DNA of 64,000 nucleotides from positions 384,001 through 448,000 of the forward strand of contig CBDCKW010000009.1 in the NCBI GenBank assembly GCA_965218435.1, in the 5' to 3' direction. Of this stretch, positions 18,968 to 29,103 are shown in pieces. Both the position numbers and the translations under genes were made by a program. The stretch's first letter is position 1. Each line of letters opens with the position of its first letter. The notes under the pieces were generated by a model that saw only the letters and a list, made by a program, of their open reading frames with translations, did not search any database and was not told the origin of the DNA. Source of the stretch: Truepera sp. (lineage in GTDB: Bacteria; Deinococcota; Deinococci; Deinococcales; Trueperaceae).

Positions 18968-20137
18968 ATGAAAAACCTGCGCTTTTCACGTTTGTTAGGT
19001 GTAGCTTCAGTCCTTTCGTTGAGCGTTGCCCTTATCTCTTGTGGCACGAGCAACAACCTTCCCTCTGATGCCAATGGTTCGGATATACAGCTGTTTACTC
19101 AGAGTGCAAAACTCTATACTTCAGAAGAGGTCAGAGATTTAACGACTGACAAGCTCGAGGCACTTTCACTCGGAGGTTCGCCTGAGAACGCTATTGTACC
19201 TGTAGTTTTCGCGGCAGATGGACACTTGCTTACAACAACAGAGTTCAATGACATGCTCAGGAAAAATACTAAAACTAACGACAACTTCAAAGGTACTAAA
19301 ACGTACTTTACCAACCTTCAAACTTACAGAACAATGCTTGATGGAAATCAATCTCTGAAATCGGCGAACTTGGATAAGATAAAATATCTACAACCGAGGT
19401 ATGCATACGCGCTCTCCGCACCCGAACCTTTGGATTCTAGCCTTAGCACCTCTTCAACTGATACTCAAACAGAAGGCAAAATCTATCTTTTTGATGCTTA
19501 TGAGACTGAGTATCGTACTCCAGCAGAACAGACGAAGCTCGTAGAGACGAAACTTGAAGAGGCGCAGTCCCATCAACTTTCTACGCAAGCTGTTGCATTA
19601 CCGTCGCTTACTGCTGTTGGCGACTTTGCCTGGACTAATCAGCAGAAAAGCCAAACAGCTATATCAGGTCATAATGGCATTGTTGTAGCCTTAAATAACG
19701 GCGGCCTTACGGGAGGAAGCAGAACAGCAAAAGGAACGATGACATTTGAGGCTCGTGGCTCATCAGGTGGCTCTTCTGCAAACAGTGATGTCAAAACTCG
19801 GGCTCAAGAAGTTGCTAAATGGCCTATAGGGACATCTTTCGGAGGTGTTGGGAGACAAGCTCTAGTTGGTATTCCAGGGGGCATGACAAATAACCAAAGG
19901 ATTGCGGTAAGAAACTTTGCCCTTGCTCAAGACCCTGGTAAATACGACTGGACACGGAAAAAGTGGGATCATTGTTCAGGCAATGCGTCTTGCGGGTGGT
20001 ACTGTTCGTACCTCGTTTGGAAAGACTGGCTATGGGTTTTGGGAGTTGACCTTGATCCGGGCCTTGGATTTTGGGTATACCCATACGAACTCATGGCAAG
20101 CGACAAAATACACGTATATTTCAAACAGGGTTACTAA
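18968..20137 (+). CDS. Lipoprotein with C-terminal permuted papain-like (YiiX/YycO, NlpC/P60) domain
   Basis: Lipobox 'LISC'; His in 'GHNGIV' precedes Cys in 'YCSYLVW'; 'WVYPYEL'; AT-rich. Confidence 0.7.
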   Translation: MKNLRFSRLLGVASVLSLSVALISCGTSNNLPSDANGSDIQLFTQSAKLYTSEEVRDLTTDKLEALSLGGSPENAIVPVVFAADGHLLTTTEFNDMLRKNTKTNDNFKGTKTYFTNLQTYRTMLDGNQSLKSANLDKIKYLQPRYAYALSAPEPLDSSLSTSSTDTQTEGKIYLFDAYETEYRTPAEQTKLVETKLEEAQSHQLSTQAVALPSLTAVGDFAWTNQQKSQTAISGHNGIVVALNNGGLTGGSRTAKGTMTFEARGSSGGSSANSDVKTRAQEVAKWPIGTSFGGVGRQALVGIPGGMTNNQRIAVRNFALAQDPGKYDWTRKKWDHCSGNASCGWYCSYLVWKDWLWVLGVDLDPGLGFWVYPYELMASDKIHVYFKQGY

Positions 20138-20209
20138 GAGGGATTTAACTAAGGCTTTGCTTTCCGAGTATGCCAAGCGTTAGCCGCTAACAAGAAGCTG
20201 GGGGAGACC

Positions 20210-20602
20210 TCAGCTTTTTTGACGGAAGCTAAAAAATAAAATAGCCCAACCGGTGAGTTGCAGTACACCGCCGATAGGGGCGACTGCGCCCAAAATGCTC
20301 ACGCCGCTAAAGACGAGCGTGTAAAGACTCCCTGAAAAGACGATACTCCCGATGAAAAGCCACGGCGCAGCCCGCTGCGCTTTGAGCGGCAATGCACCTA
20401 GAGCGAGCAGCCCGAGGGCGTGAAACATCTGATAGCGGACGGCAGTTTGGTAGGTCTCGAGCCGATCCGGGGTCAGTACGCCGTTAAGCGCGTGTGCGCC
20501 AAAAGCCCCCAACGCAACGCCTAAAAAAGCGAGCAGTGCGCCGAGTTGAGCCGGGTTGACGCGGGCGCGTCTGGATGTGCGAGTTTGAACAGTGCCAGCC
20601 AT
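20210..20602 (-). CDS. DUF423 (YgdD/TMEM256) membrane protein
   Basis: 'ALGAFGAHAL', 'TAVRYQMFHAL', 'FSGSLY', 'APIGG'. Confidence 0.92.
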   Translation of the reverse strand: MAGTVQTRTSRRARVNPAQLGALLAFLGVALGAFGAHALNGVLTPDRLETYQTAVRYQMFHALGLLALGALPLKAQRAAPWLFIGSIVFSGSLYTLVFSGVSILGAVAPIGGVLQLTGWAILFFSFRQKS

Positions 20603-20609
20603 CTCTTAA

Positions 20610-21308
20610 TTATAGGGCGACCGTGGCCGGAAGGTGTTCAGCCTCCAACATGCCGTCGGAAAAGGTGAGCACCTGGTCTACTTCGTCTACGAGCCGCGCG
20701 TCGTGCGTGACCAAGATGACCGTTCGGCCTTCCTCGGCGGCCTGCCGAAGCGCCGCGACGACGACCTTGCCGCTCTTCGAGTCGAGGTTGCCGGTAGGTT
20801 CGTCGGCAAAGACGACGTTCGGGTCGTTGGCTAAAGCGCGTGCGATGCTGACGCGCTGCCGCTCGCCGCCGGAGAGCTTGTGCGGCAGATGATGGGCGCG
20901 TCCCTCCAACCCAAAACGTCCCAAAAGCTCGAGCGCCTTCGCTTTACATTGCGCTGTGTGAACCCCCGCTAACCCCATCGGAAAGGCGACATTTTGCCAC
21001 GCGTTTTGCACCGCGATGAGGTTGTACGACTGAAACACAAAGCCGAAGTACCGGAGCCGCAGCTCAGCCCGTGCGTCTTCTGGTAAGGCGCTGATAACCC
21101 TGTCGCCGAGCCTGACTTCACCCGCGGTCGGGGTATCGAGTCCGGCCAAGAGGTTGAGCAGGGTCGTTTTACCCGAACCCGACGGTCCCATAATGGCCGT
21201 AACCGAACCGGTTGGAAAGGTGTAAGAAAACCCCGCAAGCGCGACGACCTCGCCGCCAGGGTCTTGGTAAACTTTGCGTAACTGACGGGCACTAAGCTGC
21301 TGATTCAC
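20610..21308 (-). CDS. LolD/MacB-type ABC transporter ATP-binding protein
   Basis: 'GPSGSGKT', 'LSGGERQR', 'FADEPTGNLD', 'VTHD'. Confidence 0.95.
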   Translation of the reverse strand: MNQQLSARQLRKVYQDPGGEVVALAGFSYTFPTGSVTAIMGPSGSGKTTLLNLLAGLDTPTAGEVRLGDRVISALPEDARAELRLRYFGFVFQSYNLIAVQNAWQNVAFPMGLAGVHTAQCKAKALELLGRFGLEGRAHHLPHKLSGGERQRVSIARALANDPNVVFADEPTGNLDSKSGKVVVAALRQAAEEGRTVILVTHDARLVDEVDQVLTFSDGMLEAEHLPATVAL

Positions 21309-21356
21309 GCTCGAGTATAGCTTGACTCCTTACCAGCAAGTGTTGTCATAAGGGCT

Positions 21357-23084
21357 TTAGCGGCCACCGCCCCCACCCCCGCCACCCCCCCCGCCACCGC
21401 CTGCAACCGACCCGCCCGACGACGCGGACGCGCCTGCTGCACTCAGGGCGCTGCTAAGTGAACTCAGCGAACTCGTCACCTCACCCAAACTCTGAAGCTG
21501 CCCCGTTGACATATTTCCCAGCCAGAGCGGGGCGTAGGTTGCGGTACTCTGCCCGCGTTCGGGTGCGGCCCGCTGCATGTTTTTAAGAAACTTGTCGGCC
21601 ACCCCGAGCGCCGCTGCGTAGCAGTAGTACACTTCCCAGAGCTTGAAAAAATCGTCGGGGGCGCGTTTCATCTGCGTGTAGTCGGACAAGGTGCGCTTAA
21701 AGCCCTGCCAACCGAGAGCTTCGGGTGCGACCTCTTGACGCCACGCCGGGATGCTGAATAGTGCGACTGCCCCCAAGCTGCCGCAGAGCACAGCTCCGAC
21801 GACAAAGGCGACCTGGGCCACGCCGAGGGTTAAAACAATTCCTAAAACACACCCGGCCGTTGAAAGTAGCGCCAGCGCAAACCACACCCCGGCGGCGCGT
21901 TGGCTCGCAGGCTCGAGCCTCGTCCCGCCTAACTCTTGACTGAGCCATAAGCCGACCCCATTCCACCAGCCGCTCATAAACCCCCTCAGATTTTTTTCGG
22001 AATAGCGTTTGAGTTCACGGAACTCGAGGTAATCGGGGTCGCCTTGGCTACTTTTAGCAGCGCGTTTAAGGTAATTCAAAACGTCGCACTCGAAAGGCAA
22101 CAACTCAGTGTCGTCTTTGTCTGAGAGCTGCATATTGAACTTGCCCAATTTGGAATCGAACACGCCGTAGCCGCGCCGCGCCAAATCCATAATCGTGGCG
22201 TGAAACGCGGGGCTGGAATTATTAGCAAATCGTGACGCGAAATAAGGCACCGTCGCCGGGGGCCGGTCAGCTGGAGGTTCAAACGGATATTGCATCACTG
22301 GAGCGGTCGGGCGATAGCGCCGCGCTGCCCGTGTGATGCCGAATACTAGGCCGCTGAGCGGTAGCAGCACGAGCAGACCCCAAAACGGATTACGCCGCGC
22401 TTTGTCGAGTTCGGCGACTTGGGTTTCGTTGCGTAAAAGGCGTTCAAATCCAGGTTGCTTACCCTTGACGCTAAACAGTTGCGGCGGCATGAAATAGCGG
22501 ATTTCGACACCGGTATCTGCTGGAATATAGTTGTAGTGAACCTCGAGCGTCTGCCGGTCGTCTGACAGGTTGACGGTCGGTAGTTCGGTATTACCGAGCC
22601 GGTGAACATACGCGTTATAAGGGTCACGCATCGGCCCCGGTATCTGCACCGTCAGGTCGTAGCCTTGTACTTGTTGGTCTCTTTGTCCGAGGATGTGCCA
22701 ATACCACTGCACCACGTCGCTGTAGGGGTCCAGCGACCCCTCTAAGCGGTAACGGTAAAAGACGCGCCGCTCGCTGACGCGTGTTTCTTGCTGAACCACC
22801 AGCTCAGTTCCCCCCGAACCGTCTTCGCACGGTTGCTGAAACGCCCGTGCTGCCGGACCGGGGGAGACCGCACCGCCCTCTAGCAGCGTCACCGTCTGCT
22901 CTGCGGTGTGGTCGATACAGATATACGCTTCACCGAAATCCTCATCAGTCGTTAGCGTTCGTTCGTCTCTGACGATGACCGAGCCGTCGGCCTGAACGTT
23001 GACCTGTTGCACCACGCCCTGCCAGGTAAAGTCTTGAGCACTTGCTAAGCCGACAAAAAAAAGCCCTACAAAAAACCATTTCAT
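21357..23084 (-). CDS. DUF2207 membrane protein
   Basis: Secreted N-domain, 'ATIMDLARRGY', 'WQGFKRTL', 'YAAALGVA', Gly-rich C-terminal tail. Confidence 0.85.
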   Translation of the reverse strand: MKWFFVGLFFVGLASAQDFTWQGVVQQVNVQADGSVIVRDERTLTTDEDFGEAYICIDHTAEQTVTLLEGGAVSPGPAARAFQQPCEDGSGGTELVVQQETRVSERRVFYRYRLEGSLDPYSDVVQWYWHILGQRDQQVQGYDLTVQIPGPMRDPYNAYVHRLGNTELPTVNLSDDRQTLEVHYNYIPADTGVEIRYFMPPQLFSVKGKQPGFERLLRNETQVAELDKARRNPFWGLLVLLPLSGLVFGITRAARRYRPTAPVMQYPFEPPADRPPATVPYFASRFANNSSPAFHATIMDLARRGYGVFDSKLGKFNMQLSDKDDTELLPFECDVLNYLKRAAKSSQGDPDYLEFRELKRYSEKNLRGFMSGWWNGVGLWLSQELGGTRLEPASQRAAGVWFALALLSTAGCVLGIVLTLGVAQVAFVVGAVLCGSLGAVALFSIPAWRQEVAPEALGWQGFKRTLSDYTQMKRAPDDFFKLWEVYYCYAAALGVADKFLKNMQRAAPERGQSTATYAPLWLGNMSTGQLQSLGEVTSSLSSLSSALSAAGASASSGGSVAGGGGGGGGGGGGGR

Positions 23085-23128
23085 AGGGCTGAGCTTACGC
23101 GTTTTGAGGTGTCACTGGCTAGAACACA

Positions 23129-24283
23129 TTATTCTCTCGACATCGCTACCGCGATGGGGATACGGGCGGCGCGGGCGGCAGGTAACAGCCCGGACAACAC
23201 ACCCATCAAAAAGGCGATGGCTACCGCGAACACGCCGAGCCGCAGAGTGAGGGCGGCCACATCCAGCCCGATTAAACGTTCGGCAATCCGGTTGACCACC
23301 AAAATACCAAACCAGCCGAGCAAAACGCCGAACGCAGCCCCGACTAGACTGAGTAGTACAGACTCGCTCAAGACCAGGCCGAACAAAAAGCGCGGTTTTG
23401 CGCCGACGGCGCGGATGACGCCGAACTCGCGGGTGCGTTCAAAGACGCTCATCAACACGGTGTTGGCCACGGCGATGGCCCCGACGATCAGGGCGATGGC
23501 GCTGATCCCGAGCCTTACGACGTCGCTGATACGGATGCCGCGCTCGAGCACCTTCAAAACTTCACCCTGAGTTTGAAACCCGAGGTCCGGGTAGGCTTGA
23601 GTGAGCGCCGCAGCCACCTCACCGGCCCTGGCGGGTTCTGCTAAGTCGAGCGCGAAAAAGCTGACGCGGTTACGAATCCCGATGGCCGCTTGCAAACTCT
23701 TCAGTGGCACGAGCACCGCGTTGTCAACCAGCCCGCTCCCCGAACGCGCCACGCCGACAATCTTAAGGCTGCTCTGCGGATTAAGCCGAAGCGTGTCGCC
23801 GACACCGATGCTGTTTCTCTCAGCGACCTGCTCACCGACCACCGCGACGTTGGCAGTCTCGTCTTTTTGAGTCAGCCCGCGCCCTTTTACTACGGCGTAA
23901 TCAAAGTAGATACTGCCCACCTCTAAACCGGGGGGCAACCCCTGAAACAAAAACGAATTTCCCAGTGAAAAGCTGCCCCGTGCGTAGAGCAAGATCGGAG
24001 TGACGCGGGTGATGCCGTACTCCTCACTTTGGGTACGAAGCTCAGCGGCGAAGCGGAGCGGGAGTTCGGGCACAGCGGTCAGCGCAGTCGTATCGAAGGG
24101 GCCGTAACTCACCTGAACGGCGGGGCCGATGCCGCCGATTTCGCGGCTAAAAACCTGCCGCAACCCTTCCCCGAGCGACAAAAAGATCACCGTCGAGGCG
24201 ACTGCCACGGCGATACCTAGCGCGGTCAGAAAGGTCCTTAAGGGGCGGAGGCGAAGCGATTGTAACGCGAGAGACCAGATCAT
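23129..24283 (-). CDS. FtsX/MacB-like ABC transporter permease
   Basis: '[13 protein letters not shown]', '[22 protein letters not shown]', 'PAARAARIP'. Confidence 0.92.
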   Translation of the reverse strand: MIWSLALQSLRLRPLRTFLTALGIAVAVASTVIFLSLGEGLRQVFSREIGGIGPAVQVSYGPFDTTALTAVPELPLRFAAELRTQSEEYGITRVTPILLYARGSFSLGNSFLFQGLPPGLEVGSIYFDYAVVKGRGLTQKDETANVAVVGEQVAERNSIGVGDTLRLNPQSSLKIVGVARSGSGLVDNAVLVPLKSLQAAIGIRNRVSFFALDLAEPARAGEVAAALTQAYPDLGFQTQGEVLKVLERGIRISDVVRLGISAIALIVGAIAVANTVLMSVFERTREFGVIRAVGAKPRFLFGLVLSESVLLSLVGAAFGVLLGWFGILVVNRIAERLIGLDVAALTLRLGVFAVAIAFLMGVLSGLLPAARAARIPIAVAMSRE

Positions 24284-24453
24284 ACGTTCACCCCTCTAGT
24301 CTACCGGTGACCGAGCGCCGCCGCCCTCTTTAAGCTTACGTGGCAGGTATCATCTGGCTGGCAGCCCTCTCCGTTTAGATTTTGCTGATCAGCACGCATA
24401 TTCTGTGATGATAGCTGGTGCAAGCTTACTTGGAAATGCTGATGGTTATGGCT

Positions 24454-25545
24454 TTACGGTTGCCGGTACGCTTGGCCGATAACTGCTCCGGGCGCACCTA
24501 GAGGTTGTACCGGAGCGTCGCCCTGCGCAACTGAAACGCCGCCCGCGTTGCCGCTAAAGACGTAGACAGGCGTGGTAAAGCTGTAGGTCTCGCCGGGTTG
24601 CGCCGTTTCGTAAACGAGGCGCTCGCCAGCTCTGGCGCTGCCCCGGTAGACCTCGAGCCAAGCCTCTGCGGTGACACTGACAACGACCTGTTGCGCCGCG
24701 GGCGTCGGGGTCGTCCCAGTGCGTACAAGTGCGGCAGGTGTAGAAGACGTAACAACGGCTTTCTCTGCGCCTTGAGGGGACAACGTGACGTTTAAGTGGT
24801 GGCCCCGGCTCAAATCGAGGGTGCGTTCAAACGTCCCGTAACCGCTGCGTTCAACTTTGATGGTGCGGTTTCCGGCGCGTACCGGCGCGTCAACGATGGG
24901 GCTCTGCCCAAAGTGGTAGCCGTCGATACTGACCTCCGCACCCGGCGGCGTCGTCTGCAGTGAAAGCAAGATCATGGCGGGTGCCGGAGTGGTCGTGCGG
25001 TGCGGGGCCGCCCTTGCCCCTACACCGGTCGCTGTGTTGGGGTCTACATCTGCCTGCGCTGGCGCAAATCCCCCTGGCACGAGCGCACCGTCAAACGCCC
25101 GTAGTGCAAGCCAGCTGGCGGCGGCGACGAGTAATAGTGACGCGCAGAGTCGGACGAATCGGCCAAACTGTGGAGGTACCGTAAGTGCGCCCTCTGCGGC
25201 GGGCAGCTCGAGTCCCCTAAGCCTTTCTACCGGGTCCGCCGCCTCCAGGGTCCGCTCTTGCTTGTATAACACCAGCACCCGCGTCGGGTCGAGGCCGACG
25301 GCCTGGGCGTAGCGCCGGACGAAACTTTTGCCGTGAGCGTCGCCGGGTAGTTCGGCAAAGCGGCCGGCCTCGAGCGCCTCTAAGTAGCCGAGCCGGATGC
25401 CCGTTAGCTCTGTGAGGTCTTCGAGCCCCAAACGGCTGTCTTGCCGCGCCTCGCGGAGCGTCTGGCCGAGCCGACTCGGGCGTGGTGACGTGACCCGGAC
25501 GCGGCGCGCCGGGGCCCCGGTGAACTCAGAAAACGAATCGGTCAT
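24454..25545 (-). CDS. RodZ-like protein (HTH, TM, PEGA, DUF4115)
   Basis: 'LGQTLREAR..YLEALEAGRFAELPG..FVRRYAQAVGLD'; PEGA 'TTPPGAEVSIDG'; 'GNAGGV'. Confidence 0.82.
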   Translation of the reverse strand: MTDSFSEFTGAPARRVRVTSPRPSRLGQTLREARQDSRLGLEDLTELTGIRLGYLEALEAGRFAELPGDAHGKSFVRRYAQAVGLDPTRVLVLYKQERTLEAADPVERLRGLELPAAEGALTVPPQFGRFVRLCASLLLVAAASWLALRAFDGALVPGGFAPAQADVDPNTATGVGARAAPHRTTTPAPAMILLSLQTTPPGAEVSIDGYHFGQSPIVDAPVRAGNRTIKVERSGYGTFERTLDLSRGHHLNVTLSPQGAEKAVVTSSTPAALVRTGTTPTPAAQQVVVSVTAEAWLEVYRGSARAGERLVYETAQPGETYSFTTPVYVFSGNAGGVSVAQGDAPVQPLGAPGAVIGQAYRQP

Positions 25546-25567
25546 AACGCGCTCCTAATACCTGAAC

Positions 25568-26473
25568 TTAGGCGAGTTGGGGACTCTTAGGGCGGACCAG
25601 CTCGAGCGCTACTTGTGCGCCCAAACGGGCATTTTCTTGTAATAGTCTGAGGTTGACGTCCAGCGCCTGCCCGTCTGAAAGCGCGGCGAAGCGGGTGAGT
25701 AAAAACGGCGTCAGGTCTTTGCCGCTAAAGCCCTGCGTTTTAGCCTCGCGGAGGGCGGTCTCTAACCAGCCCGCCACCTCACCTGCGTCCAGCCCCTGAG
25801 AGACAGGTTTGGCGACTAAGAGCGCACCGGGTAGCCCTAGCTCAAGGGCCGCGCGGAAGGTCTGGGCCACCTCAGCGGGTGTGTCACAGCGGGCTGGGAC
25901 GCGCCACTCGGTTTCCGACACGTGAAATCCGGCCAAGCGGTCGGTGCCGTACCCGACGACGGGTACGCCGAGGGTCTCGAGGCGCTCTAAGGTCGCCCCT
26001 TGATTTAAGATAGATTTGGCCCCGGCAGAGACTACGACCAGCGGGTTTTTAGACAGCGCCAAGAGGTCGGCGGACTCGTCAAACGCGTCGAAATGCACGC
26101 CGCCGATCCCGCCTGTGGCAAAAACTTTGATCCCGACCTGTGCGGCGAGGTGGAGCGTCGCGGCAACTGTGGTGCCGCCGTCGCATTTTTGAGCCACGAG
26201 TGCGGGCAGATTCCACAAGGACGCCTTGCTTACGTCTTCGGTATCGGCGAGGTGACGGAGTTCAGCGTCGGAGAGTCCGATGACCACGTCGCCGCCGATC
26301 AGCCCGACCGTCGCCGGAACTGCGCCCGTCTCGCGGACGGTCTTTTCCAGGGCTTCAGCGAGCGCCAAATTTTGCGGGCGCGGCAGGCCGTGGGTGATGA
26401 CCGTAGACTCGAGCGCGACGACCGCGCGGCCCTCACGTAGCGCCGTTTGAACAGTTGGATGAATACGCCTCAC
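25568..26473 (-). CDS. psuG: Pseudouridine-5'-phosphate glycosidase
   Basis: 'VVALESTVITHGLP', 'GGTTVAAT', 'FATGGIGGVH', 'DESADL', 'GKDLTPFLL'. Confidence 0.95.
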   Translation of the reverse strand: MRRIHPTVQTALREGRAVVALESTVITHGLPRPQNLALAEALEKTVRETGAVPATVGLIGGDVVIGLSDAELRHLADTEDVSKASLWNLPALVAQKCDGGTTVAATLHLAAQVGIKVFATGGIGGVHFDAFDESADLLALSKNPLVVVSAGAKSILNQGATLERLETLGVPVVGYGTDRLAGFHVSETEWRVPARCDTPAEVAQTFRAALELGLPGALLVAKPVSQGLDAGEVAGWLETALREAKTQGFSGKDLTPFLLTRFAALSDGQALDVNLRLLQENARLGAQVALELVRPKSPQLA

Positions 26474-27066
26474 GCCCCGTATCGTACCGCAATGGTGTGC
26501 GAAATATCACGGGTCGTTATTTTGAAGGCCAGGGCTTACGCATGTACCAGTTTTCGTAAGTGACCTAAAAAGTTTAGGTTATAAAAACAGCTGTTTTTGG
26601 CCTGGCTGAGCTGACTCAAGAAAAGGCCACCTTCAAAAGTTGTGTTGAAAGCGCAGATAGCTTTTGAAAGAAATCTACATGTGTTGGCCCTGTTATTTTG
26701 AAGGTAGGGCAAAACTTACGCTTTAAGCGACCGGAATTTCTGCACTAAATTTGTACTAAATGCTCTGAGTACACGACAATTTTTTAGCAACCTTGTCCAG
26801 AACGTGATTGTTGTGTAAGCCCAAAAAGAAGATTTTTGTCTACATGAGCACGACCGGGTAAACTCCTTTGAACATTGTCCTAGACAGCAATCTAGGGGGA
26901 CATAAACGCTACTCTTCAGAGAGCTCAATGGCCCGTTCCAGATTCGTAAAATTGTTTTTTGTCGTGATACTAAGCTAAATGCTAAAACTATGTTTTCACG
27001 CGGTAACTATTAAAGATTGGCCTGTCAGGGTGAAGTGCATTTTAGGTCGCCTCACCCTGAGCTACG

Positions 27067-28776
27067 TTAATCGTGTGACGTGGCGACGCCGTAAGCCGCC
27101 GCAAAATCTTCGGGCAGCGGGGTGTGCTTTTCGCCCTCGAGCGTCTTTGCCAAAAGCGCCTTCAGCTCATCTAAGCCTGCACCCGTCACGGCTGACACGC
27201 TGCTCGCGTCGTAGCGTTCCCCGAGGTCACGCACTGTGTGTGCGTCGGCGAGGTCAGCTTTATTGAGCACGACGAGACGGGGAACCTCGAGCCCCAGCTC
27301 GTCTAAAATCCGGTTGACGGCGTCTACGCGGTCGGGTGCGCCGGGAGTCGCGGCGTCAACAACGTGTAAGAGCAGGTCAGCGTCGTGAAGCTCCTCTAGG
27401 GTCGCCCGGAACGCGTTTAAGAGTTCGTCCGGCAAATCGCGGATAAAGCCCACCGTGTCGGTATAAAGTGCCTTTGCACCCCAGTCACCCAGCGCGGGCA
27501 GCCAGCCCTCGCGGGTCGTCGGACGGAGCGTAGCGAAGAGTCTGTTCTGACTGAGCGCGTCGGCCTTGGCGAGCGCGTTAAAGAGCGTGGATTTTCCGGC
27601 GTTCGTGTAACCGACTAACGCAATCACCGGCACGTCCGAACGAGTACGCCCTTTGCGGCTCTCGCTGCGGCGCTGACTGATTTCGCCAACGCTGCCCTCG
27701 AGCGCGGTAATCCGGTCGCGGATACGGCGGCGGTCCACCTCGAGCTTCGTTTCCCCCGGCCCCCGTGAGCCGATGCCCCCACCCAGACGGCTCATCGCGC
27801 GGCCCCGACCGGCAAGTCGCGTCACTTGATACTGAAGCTGCGCCAATTCGACCTGGAGCTGCGCTTCGCGGCCCCGCGCGTTTTGCGCGAAGATGTCTAA
27901 AATCAGCTGCGTCCGGTCAACGACCTTGAGCTTCGTTTCGGTCTCGATATCTCTGGCCTGTGCGGGGTTGAGTTCGCGGTCAAAAATCAGTAGGTCGGCG
28001 TCTTCGTGATACGCCTTGGAAACGAGTTCTTGCAGTTTGCCACGTCCAATCAAAGTACGCGGGTCGGGTGCGGCGCGGTGCTGTTTGCTCATCACCGCGA
28101 CCGTCGCCCCGGCACTCCGGGTAAGTTCGGCGAGTTCAGCGAGCCGCGCGTCGCTTTCAAAGGTGCCCTCACCGGTGTTGAGGCCGATCAGCACGGCCCG
28201 TTCTTGTGAACTGCGCGTCGTCTCGCGGGCCGTCACGCTTCTCGTGAGTTCTTCTTCTAACGCCCGAATCCGCTCTAAGATGTTGATCTTTTCGGCGTCT
28301 CTGGCACTCAGCGGCGCTTCTAACAGCCAATCTTCTTCTTCAGACCCCGGCGGCGCAACCTGCGCCAAATGCACCTGCCCGACTTCAGTGTGACCCCGGC
28401 TATTTTCCTGAATATCTACGGCAATCACCGCGTCGAGGCGGTTCAAAAACAGCATGGACAGGTCGCTATTCGATAACCCGCCCGGTTTGAGGTGCGTGTG
28501 GATGAGACGCAGGCCGTAGAGCCTCGAGTCGGCCTCACCCATCAGGCTCGGTAAGGGCGTCTCGGCAGCGTCACCCAGAGCAACCGTCACGACGCGGCCC
28601 CGGCGGTCAACGAGGGTCGAGACGTTTTTGCGAAGTTCCAGGGCCAATTCGCCCAAATCTCTAGCAAACTCCAAAGAGACCGGAACCTCGGGGTCTAAGC
28701 GGCGGCGATACAAGTTCGATAAGCGTTTAATTTGGGCATTTTTAAGCGAAGAGAGTTTGCCGTGAACTTTATTTAT
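27067..28776 (-). CDS. hflX: GTPase HflX (long form); probable ATA start at 28776
   Basis: 'DRTQLILDIFA', 'GPGETKLEVDRR', 'VGYTNAGKST', 'DTVGFI', 'NKAD'; frame stays open 21 codons upstream of TTG 28713 to an ATA 6 nt after GGAGG. Confidence 0.93.
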   Translation of the reverse strand: MNKVHGKLSSLKNAQIKRLSNLYRRRLDPEVPVSLEFARDLGELALELRKNVSTLVDRRGRVVTVALGDAAETPLPSLMGEADSRLYGLRLIHTHLKPGGLSNSDLSMLFLNRLDAVIAVDIQENSRGHTEVGQVHLAQVAPPGSEEEDWLLEAPLSARDAEKINILERIRALEEELTRSVTARETTRSSQERAVLIGLNTGEGTFESDARLAELAELTRSAGATVAVMSKQHRAAPDPRTLIGRGKLQELVSKAYHEDADLLIFDRELNPAQARDIETETKLKVVDRTQLILDIFAQNARGREAQLQVELAQLQYQVTRLAGRGRAMSRLGGGIGSRGPGETKLEVDRRRIRDRITALEGSVGEISQRRSESRKGRTRSDVPVIALVGYTNAGKSTLFNALAKADALSQNRLFATLRPTTREGWLPALGDWGAKALYTDTVGFIRDLPDELLNAFRATLEELHDADLLLHVVDAATPGAPDRVDAVNRILDELGLEVPRLVVLNKADLADAHTVRDLGERYDASSVSAVTGAGLDELKALLAKTLEGEKHTPLPEDFAAAYGVATSHD

Positions 28777-29103
28777 TGGGACCCTCCAAAGGGACGAGCG
28801 GCGTAATACCGCCCCAAAAAGGCTTTTTATACGTGAATTGTGACAGGGATGTATTTAGCAGCACACATGCGCATACTGCACGAAAGGCGGCAGCGTTCAG
28901 TGCTGCACCTTTGCGGCGTGTTCCGTTTGGAACGTGTTAAACGTACGTCAACCTCAACATAACGATGGTTTAGTGTAACGCATTTTTGCCCTTTTGGGTA
29001 GCGCCGAAACGACAGCTGTGCGCAGTTTAATAAGTCGGCAAAGCGGGGACTGCTCACGATTAAGCTGCACCCGCTGAGCCGTAAATATGCCATGCTTAAA
29101 CGC

